A stretch of DNA of 32,000 nt from an uncultured Candidatus Brocadia sp. (GTDB taxonomy: Bacteria > Planctomycetota > Brocadiia > Brocadiales > Brocadiaceae), in contig CAZBCT010000002.1 in assembly GCA_964490485.1 (NCBI GenBank), positions 18,993 to 50,992 of the forward strand. The letters run 5' to 3'. The notes beneath the pieces were generated by a model. The model searched no databases. It saw only the letters and a program-made list of their open reading frames with translations, and was not told the origin of the DNA. Positions 25,870 to 32,000 of this stretch are shown here, piece after piece (position 1 is the stretch's first letter; each line of letters opens with the position of its first letter). Both the position numbers and the translations under genes were made by a program.

Positions 25870-26961
25870 TTACTTTTCACCCTTTTTAGAAACGGGCTCG
25901 GCCTTCACTTTTTCCGTGGATTTTTCAGGGATTTTTTCTGTTACCATATCCGGTTTTATCTTTTTTAGGATCGTCTGCTCAAGCTCTTTCATCAATTCAG
26001 GTTTTCCTTCGATAAATTGCCGGGAATTTTCCCTTCCTTGCCCTAAACGAATTTCACCGTAAGAAAACCAGGTGCCAGACTTTTCAATGATTTGGTGTTC
26101 AACACCAAGATCAATGATGTCGCCTGCACGTGATATGCCTGTATTATAAAGAATGTCGAACTCCGCTTTCTTGAAAGGCGCTGCAACCTTATTCTTGGCA
26201 ATCGTTGCGCGCACCCTGTTCCCAATGGTTACCTCGCCGTCTTTTATACCGCCAATCCTTCGGATATCAATACGCACCGAGGCATAGAATTTTAATGCCC
26301 TGCCGCCGGGAGTTGTTTCCGGGTTTCCACCGTACATAACTCCGATCTTTTCGCGAATCTGGTTAATAAAGATAACGCTGGTGTTAGATTTAGAAATACA
26401 ACCGGTTAACTTACGCAGGGCCTGAGACATGAGCCTGGCCTGCAATCCCACATGCGTATCACCCATTTCCCCTTCAATTTCAGCGCGGGGAACCAGGGCT
26501 GCAACAGAATCGACGGCGATAATATCTACGGCATTACTCCTCACCAGCAATTCTGCAATCTCAAGCGCCTGCTCTCCCGTGTCGGGCTGGTTAACCATAA
26601 GATTGTTCAGGTCTACCCCTAATTTCTTGGCATAATCAGGATCGAGAGCGTGTTCAGCGTCAATGAAGGCTGCCATTCCACCCTCTTTCTGTGCATTCGC
26701 AATAATATGGAGCGTCAGGGTGGTTTTACCCGAAGATTCAGGACCAAATATTTCAATAACCCTTCCCCGCGGAATGCCCCCTACACCCAAAGCAATATCC
26801 AGAGACAATGCACCGGTCGAAATGGTCGGGACGTCAACCTTCGTCTGTCCACCCAGTTTCATGATCGTCCCTTTTCCGAACTGCTTCTCAATCTGCGAGA
26901 TCGCCCGTTCCAGCGCCTGATGTCGCTTTTCCTTGTCTGCATCTTCTGGTTTGGATATCAT
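25870..26961 (-). CDS. recA: Recombinase A
   Basis: 363 aa. [10 protein letters not shown] Walker [20 protein letters not shown], and a lysine/glutamate-rich C-terminal tail. Confidence 0.96.
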   Translation of the reverse strand: MISKPEDADKEKRHQALERAISQIEKQFGKGTIMKLGGQTKVDVPTISTGALSLDIALGVGGIPRGRVIEIFGPESSGKTTLTLHIIANAQKEGGMAAFIDAEHALDPDYAKKLGVDLNNLMVNQPDTGEQALEIAELLVRSNAVDIIAVDSVAALVPRAEIEGEMGDTHVGLQARLMSQALRKLTGCISKSNTSVIFINQIREKIGVMYGGNPETTPGGRALKFYASVRIDIRRIGGIKDGEVTIGNRVRATIAKNKVAAPFKKAEFDILYNTGISRAGDIIDLGVEHQIIEKSGTWFSYGEIRLGQGRENSRQFIEGKPELMKELEQTILKKIKPDMVTEKIPEKSTEKVKAEPVSKKGEK

Positions 26962-27060
26962 AATTCACCCATACAAAAAGTCACACGTATTAAATCAGAC
27001 CCTCGGCTATTTTTTAGCGCAACCGAGACGGGTGCGCTACCAGTTTGAAATTTATAAACG

Positions 27061-27624
27061 TTAAACTAAATCAACACTCTGTAATCTCGTATAAAGAGGT
27101 CCCTCCGGTAACAGATCGCTCTTCATTAAAACAACCTGCACCACATGTTCTGAGCCAAAATCAAACCCATGATACGAATTCAGATTTTCTATTAGTCTTC
27201 TTACGTTCCTGCGCGTCTTGATACGCCCTACCGTAAGGTGCGCCGTAAATTTACGATCCTCATGTTCCACACCCAAGGCCATGAGTTGATTGTCCAGCCG
27301 TTCGTGGATTTTTTCCAGGACTCCGCCTGTATCTATTACGTCAGTAAAAATAACCCGCGGATTTTTCTCTGCTGGAAGAACGCCCACTCCTCTGTAATCA
27401 AGATCAAACGGCTTTATATGAGTCACGGCATCTTTTATTAAGGTAGCAACTATCTCAATCTTTTCTTCGTCGAGAGAACCGATAAACTTTACCGTAATAT
27501 GGAGATTTTCAGGGGAAACCCAGCCTACATCAGCTTCCACCTTTTTCAGCTCATCTTGAAATTTCGCTACTTTTTTTCGGATTTCCTCGGTAATTTCAAC
27601 TGCGACAAAGAGCCTTACGTTCAT
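27061..27624 (-). CDS. thpR: RNA 2',3'-cyclic phosphodiesterase (2H phosphoesterase, LigT/ThpR family)
   Basis: 187 aa with two HxTx motifs (HITVKF and HLTVGR). Confidence 0.85.
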   Translation of the reverse strand: MNVRLFVAVEITEEIRKKVAKFQDELKKVEADVGWVSPENLHITVKFIGSLDEEKIEIVATLIKDAVTHIKPFDLDYRGVGVLPAEKNPRVIFTDVIDTGGVLEKIHERLDNQLMALGVEHEDRKFTAHLTVGRIKTRRNVRRLIENLNSYHGFDFGSEHVVQVVLMKSDLLPEGPLYTRLQSVDLV

Positions 27625-27702
27625 AGAACACTTGCATGCATACTTATTTATTATGTTGCTAAAAACCTAAGATATCTGCAAAATCTGTGGTTGCCTTTAA
27701 AA

Positions 27703-29040
27703 TCAAAACCTCACCGATGCGGAGGTTTCACACAAATTTTTTATGGTGTAGTCGAGTCTTTTTAAGGTCTTTTCCCTGCCCAGAAGCTCCATGGTTTCGA
27801 AAATGCCTGCGCTTACACTCTTTCCCGTAATAGCCACACGCATCGGCTGCGCGAGCTTGGAAAATCCAACGCCTAGCCTTTCGGTTAAGGCCCGCAGGGA
27901 GTCTTCCAAAGTTTTCTTGTCAAAAGTATCTACCCTAAAAATACCCGTATGCACTTCTTTTAACAACTCACCAACGCCTTCCTTTTTAAGGAATTTATCT
28001 ACAGCGGCCTGATCGTATTCGATGGTATCAGCAAAGAAGAACCCTGTCTGATTCAGCAGATCCTGAAACGTCTTGAACCGTTCATGATAGAGTTTTACGA
28101 GGTCTGTCAGCCACTCTCCGGGCATTTTTGCCATAGCAATACCCGATTTTTCAAAAAATCTCTTTACCTCAGCCGTCAATGGTTCAATGGGGGTGTTTTT
28201 GATATATTGACCGTTCATCCAATCGAGTTTCGTGTTGTTAAATTGTGCGCTCGTCTTATTTGCACGCTTTAAGGTAAACTTTTCAATCATTTCCTGAAGG
28301 GATATAATCTCTTGGTCATTTCCGGGTGACCATCCCAGCAGGGCGAGGAAATTTACCAGGGCATGCGGCAAATAGCCTTTATCCCGGTACTCAGTTACGG
28401 AAGTCGCCCCATGACGTTTACTCAACCTCGACCCGTCTTCCCCCAGGATCATGGGGATATGGGCAAATTCCGGCATCTTAAATCCACATGCTTTGTAAAG
28501 AGCGATCTGTTTGGGGGTGTTCGATATATGATCGTCTCCCCGGATAATATGGGTAATCCCCATCTCGGTGTCATCCACGACACAAGCAAAATTATAGGTT
28601 GGGAAACCATCGGCCTTCAGTATTACAAAATCCTCAATAAGAGCCGTATCAAAAGTGATGGTGCCATGGATAAGGTCATTAATCTCCGTCACTCCATCTT
28701 GCATCCTGAAACGAATCGCTTTGCGTCCCTCGGCATCAGTATCATAAAATGCCTTACCATCAAACACCAATTTCTCTGCATGTTGCTTATAAACGGGTAG
28801 TCGTTGGCTTTGGAAATGAGGACCTTCATCCCAGTCTAACCCCAGCCATTTCATGCTATCGAGGATAGCCTGTGTGGCCTCTTCGGTGGAACGTTGCTGA
28901 TCGGTATCTTCTATACGCAAGAGAAAAACACCCTTGTTGTGCCGTGCAAAAAGCCAGTTAAAAAGTGCCGTCCGCGCCCCTCCAATATGGAGATACCCCG
29001 TAGGACTGGGTGCAAAACGAACCTTAACGTGAGAACTCAA
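27703..29040 (-). CDS. gltX: Glutamate--tRNA ligase
   Basis: 445 aa. RFAPSPTGYLHIGGARTALFNWLFA (HIGH region) and RLSKRHG (KMSKS region). Confidence 0.93.
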   Translation of the reverse strand: MSSHVKVRFAPSPTGYLHIGGARTALFNWLFARHNKGVFLLRIEDTDQQRSTEEATQAILDSMKWLGLDWDEGPHFQSQRLPVYKQHAEKLVFDGKAFYDTDAEGRKAIRFRMQDGVTEINDLIHGTITFDTALIEDFVILKADGFPTYNFACVVDDTEMGITHIIRGDDHISNTPKQIALYKACGFKMPEFAHIPMILGEDGSRLSKRHGATSVTEYRDKGYLPHALVNFLALLGWSPGNDQEIISLQEMIEKFTLKRANKTSAQFNNTKLDWMNGQYIKNTPIEPLTAEVKRFFEKSGIAMAKMPGEWLTDLVKLYHERFKTFQDLLNQTGFFFADTIEYDQAAVDKFLKKEGVGELLKEVHTGIFRVDTFDKKTLEDSLRALTERLGVGFSKLAQPMRVAITGKSVSAGIFETMELLGREKTLKRLDYTIKNLCETSASVRF

Positions 29041-29484
29041 GCCTTCTTCCTTAACGATAATTCAATAAAATTTATATTAAGAACATGATAACGAAACTGG
29101 AATAAACGTGTCAAGCGATTTATTGGTTAGCAAGAGACGCTTGTATGAGAACGACCGAAGAGAAAGAGAAGATTTTGCAAATAATTTCTGTTAGTGAAAA
29201 TTTAAAACATACTCTGAACGATTAATTAAATTATATTTCTTTAAGTGTTAGTTAATAATGCTGATACGAATGTTGAAAAGTATTATTATTTGACTTGGTA
29301 TCTCTTTCTTGGTATTATTTCAGCCGATTTTTTTCAGAGTGCGTTGGATTCTTCTACAAAGTACGGCTCTTTTCCAGCGTTCATTTCTCTTTATTTTTTC
29401 TGGTTCCTTCACGTGATTGTAGGCTTATTCATTGAGCTCTTGTCAACTAATTGAAGTTCAAAGAAACTAACACTATACTCTACC
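29041..29484. other. AT-rich gltX-dnaA intergenic region: dnaA promoter and candidate left part of oriC
   Basis: 444 bp non-coding and visibly AT-rich. Contains GTTGGATTCTTCTACA (29343-29358), which shares two motifs with the dnaA-dnaN gap. Confidence 0.45.
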
Positions 29485-30849
29485 ATGTTAGAGACACCCG
29501 CGGTTTCCGATAGTGAAAGAGATTTTATACTCAAAGGCATATTGTCTACAATAAAAGAGGTTGTTACTGCTCAACAGTATGACATCTGGTTTTCATGTCT
29601 CAGAGTATCGTCTATTACTGGAAATAGTATTACCTTTGTTACACCAACCTCTTTTGTCCGCGAGTGGCTTAATAGCCATTACAACGACCTTTTCTCAAGT
29701 GCGGTATATAAAGTGTTGAATTCCTCGAGAGAAATCATATTTTCTACAGAGGAAGAGATCTTTGGTAAATTATCATCTGTATCTTTTTCCCCAGAGGAGG
29801 CTCTTGCAGATAAAAGTTCTCCTGAAGAAAACTATTGTGCACCACTAAACAAATATTATAGCTTTGACAATTTTGTTGTGGGTCCATGCAACAGATTAGC
29901 ACATGCAGCAGCCATTGCCGTTTCAGAATCACCAGGCCTTGCATATAATCCATTGTTTATCCATGGCGCTTCCGGCCTGGGAAAGACCCATCTCCTGCAT
30001 GCTATAAATAATATATTATCATCTAAACACCGATTGAAGACTCTTTATCTGCCCTGTGAACGTTTTATAAATCATTATATTTCAACAATACGAACAAATA
30101 GCTGGGACTCTTTTAGAGTTTTTTACAGAAACATCGATGCACTTCTCATAGACGATATACAGGCGTTTGAAAATTCACAGGGAAGTAGAGAGGAGTTTTT
30201 TCATACATTTAATACCCTTTATAATGCCAAAAAGCAAATTGTCATTACAAGTGATTGTCCTCCTGAATCTATTGCCACTCTTGAAGACAGACTCATTTCT
30301 CGTTTTAAATGGGGGCTTCTCTGCAGTATAGATAATACAACACGGGAGACGCGTATTGCAATCGCAGAAAAAAAGGCATCGCTGTGGGGCATTAACTTGT
30401 CTCACGAAGCAGCATCATATCTTGCAGAAAATGTAACCGGCAGTATTCGTGAACTCGAAGGTGCTATAGCGCGCCTGAGCCGGGAGGAAAAATTAACCAA
30501 AAATAGCGTCACCCTGGACCGCATAAGAAAAATTGTTTGTGAGCTTTCGGCAAATAGAAAGTACATCAGTATAGAAACTGTCATTAAGGCCGTCTCTGAA
30601 AGATTTAACGTCCGGGTCTCCCAACTTCAATCAAGGTGCAGAACAAGAAGTCTCGCACTTCCCAGACAAATAGCAATGCATCTATCAAGAAAATTAACCA
30701 AGATGTCATTAATGGAAATTGGTGGATACTTGGGTGGAAGAGACCACTCAACGGTGATCCACGCGGATGAGAAAATAACCAAGATGTCAAAAAAAGATAA
30801 AAACCTTAATATTATGCTTCAGAAGCTCGAAAGCGAATTGCAAAAGTAA
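29485..30849 (+). CDS. dnaA: Chromosomal replication initiator protein DnaA
   Basis: 454 aa. GASGLGKTHLLHAI Walker A, LLIDDIQ, the domain IV signature RQIAMHLSRKLTKMSLMEIGGYLGGRDHSTVIHA. Confidence 0.96.
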   Translation: MLETPAVSDSERDFILKGILSTIKEVVTAQQYDIWFSCLRVSSITGNSITFVTPTSFVREWLNSHYNDLFSSAVYKVLNSSREIIFSTEEEIFGKLSSVSFSPEEALADKSSPEENYCAPLNKYYSFDNFVVGPCNRLAHAAAIAVSESPGLAYNPLFIHGASGLGKTHLLHAINNILSSKHRLKTLYLPCERFINHYISTIRTNSWDSFRVFYRNIDALLIDDIQAFENSQGSREEFFHTFNTLYNAKKQIVITSDCPPESIATLEDRLISRFKWGLLCSIDNTTRETRIAIAEKKASLWGINLSHEAASYLAENVTGSIRELEGAIARLSREEKLTKNSVTLDRIRKIVCELSANRKYISIETVIKAVSERFNVRVSQLQSRCRTRSLALPRQIAMHLSRKLTKMSLMEIGGYLGGRDHSTVIHADEKITKMSKKDKNLNIMLQKLESELQK

Positions 30850-31103
30850 TATGTTCATAAGATGTAGAATGTTTGTTGGATTTTTTGGAAAAAAATGCCG
30901 GGTGCGAGGTATCATTAGTTTCTAGTCCTGCAATGGGACATAATGAAATATAAACGTTCTACAGGTTTTCTACAATGGATAAATGATGTATATTTCTATT
31001 TATTAAATAGTTACGTTTCTTTTAATTGAAATGTGACACTATATAATAAGATTACGATTTATAAATTCTTTAAAAACATAATAATAAAATATAGGAATAA
31101 AAA
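30850..31103. other. dnaA-dnaN intergenic region: candidate oriC core (DnaA-box-like repeats plus AT-rich unwinding element)
   Basis: TTCTACA at 30957-30963 and 30968-30974, and on the reverse strand at 30863-30869. ATGGATAA (30975-30982) is a near-consensus reverse DnaA box. 31000-31103 is almost pure A/T. Confidence 0.5.
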
Positions 31104-32000
31104 ATGAAATTAAACTTTTCAGGAAAAGACCTCTCTTGTGGTTTTAATTTAGTAGCCAGTATCGTTCCTTCATCCGCATTAAAGAGTGTATTAAAAGGTG
31201 TTAAGATTGAAGTAAAAAACAAATGGGCAGAACTCGTTGCTACAGATCTGGAAGTGCTGGTTAAATATCTGTTACCTGTGGGAGAGAGTGATGGGGAGGG
31301 TGGCATCGTTATTCCTGCAGATCGAGTAAATAATGTGTTGAGAGAATGGGCCGGACATGAAACGGTCTCGGTGTTGATTGAAGAGGGTAAATGTATCTTG
31401 AAATCTGAAGGTGGATATTTCAAGATCGCAGGTGAAGATTTTAGGCAGTTTCCCGAAGTAGACAGCGTGGAGACCACAGGTCTTGTTGAAATGGATGGGG
31501 GAGTTATCAGTGATATGATAGGAAAGGTTATTCATGCAGTATCGATAGTTAAGGGGAGAAGTATGTTGTGTGGCGTCTTTATGAGGGTTGTTGGCGATGA
31601 TATCATTATGGTTGCTGCGGATGGGAATAGGATGTCTAGTGTGAAACGTAAGGTAAATAACCCTGGTGGGATATCAATGGATGGAATAGTTGCGGTGAAG
31701 TGTTTGACGTTCCTGCAACGTTTTGTATCTGAGTGTAAGGGGATTTTAAAGTTAGGAATGGGTGAGCAGCGGGTGTACTTTGCAGGTGACAGAGGTGAGA
31801 TTATATCACAGTTAATAGAGGGTCAGTATCCAAAGTATGAGGAGCTTATTCCAAAAGGAAACCATAAGAGAGTGGAAGTTAGTAAGAGTGAGCTTTTGTC
31901 AGGGGTAAGGATGGCATCATTTATGACAAATGAGGAGTACCGGATAGTAAAATTTGTTTTTAGACAAGGAAAATTAATGCTTTCATCTAGGACAGCGGAT
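31104..32000 (+). CDS. dnaN: DNA polymerase III beta subunit (sliding clamp), 5' part; continues beyond the window
   Basis: Open frame from the ATG at 31104 to the window end (299 codons, no stop, absent from the ORF track). Contains MKLNFSGKDL...VATDLEV, MVAADGNRMS and IEGQYPKYEELIP, which are typical DnaN motifs. Confidence 0.9.
   Translation, partial: MKLNFSGKDLSCGFNLVASIVPSSALKSVLKGVKIEVKNKWAELVATDLEVLVKYLLPVGESDGEGGIVIPADRVNNVLREWAGHETVSVLIEEGKCILKSEGGYFKIAGEDFRQFPEVDSVETTGLVEMDGGVISDMIGKVIHAVSIVKGRSMLCGVFMRVVGDDIIMVAADGNRMSSVKRKVNNPGGISMDGIVAVKCLTFLQRFVSECKGILKLGMGEQRVYFAGDRGEIISQLIEGQYPKYEELIPKGNHKRVEVSKSELLSGVRMASFMTNEEYRIVKFVFRQGKLMLSSRTAD

Noticed and set aside
29245-29454. 69-aa hydrophobic ORF just upstream of dnaA
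   Set aside because: It lies in AT-rich origin/promoter DNA with no RBS. The hydrophobic composition is what T-rich sequence yields by default.
1-32000. Search for tRNA/rRNA genes, transposases, integrases, toxin-antitoxin pairs and prophage remnants
   Set aside because: None recognised by eye. No T-loop (GGTTCGAATCC-like) sequence sits in an intergenic position, and no ORF has DDE, tyrosine or serine recombinase motifs.

Overview
Mostly housekeeping chromosomal window from a diderm bacterium (lpxD present). It ends at the replication origin: gltX | AT-rich gap | dnaA | AT-rich gap | dnaN. From 15.2 to 29.0 kb every gene is on the minus strand: glmS, lpxD, fabF-acpP-fabD-fabH-plsX-rpmF, alaS, recA, thpR, gltX. 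dnaA and dnaN are on the plus strand, so genes diverge from the origin. The left 15 kb is less ordinary. It holds a P-type ATPase tail, an MgtC-family protein, a TPR protein, a degenerate-exonuclease/GIY-YIG fusion, asd and an enlarged RNase HII-like protein. It also holds a ~1021-aa exported protein with 14 near-identical Kelch-type blades, a 743-bp non-coding gap, a RadC-like JAB domain fused to an Fe-S DinG helicase, an atypical SDR and an O-methyltransferase. I found no transposase, integrase, tRNA, rRNA, CRISPR array, or recognisable multi-gene defence or biosynthetic island. I therefore do not claim a novel multi-gene system. The items most worth a second look are three. (1) A minus-strand leader in the 743-bp gap has a consensus promoter, a segment matching the core of the c-di-GMP-I (GEMM-I) riboswitch and an intrinsic terminator, all upstream of the Kelch-repeat gene. 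(2) The JAB-DinG fusion. (3) Repeated non-canonical DnaA-box-like motifs flank dnaA. The taxon cannot be determined by eye. The GTCAT-type hairpin repeats and gene content resemble Planctomycetota or anammox-type genomes, but that is a guess.
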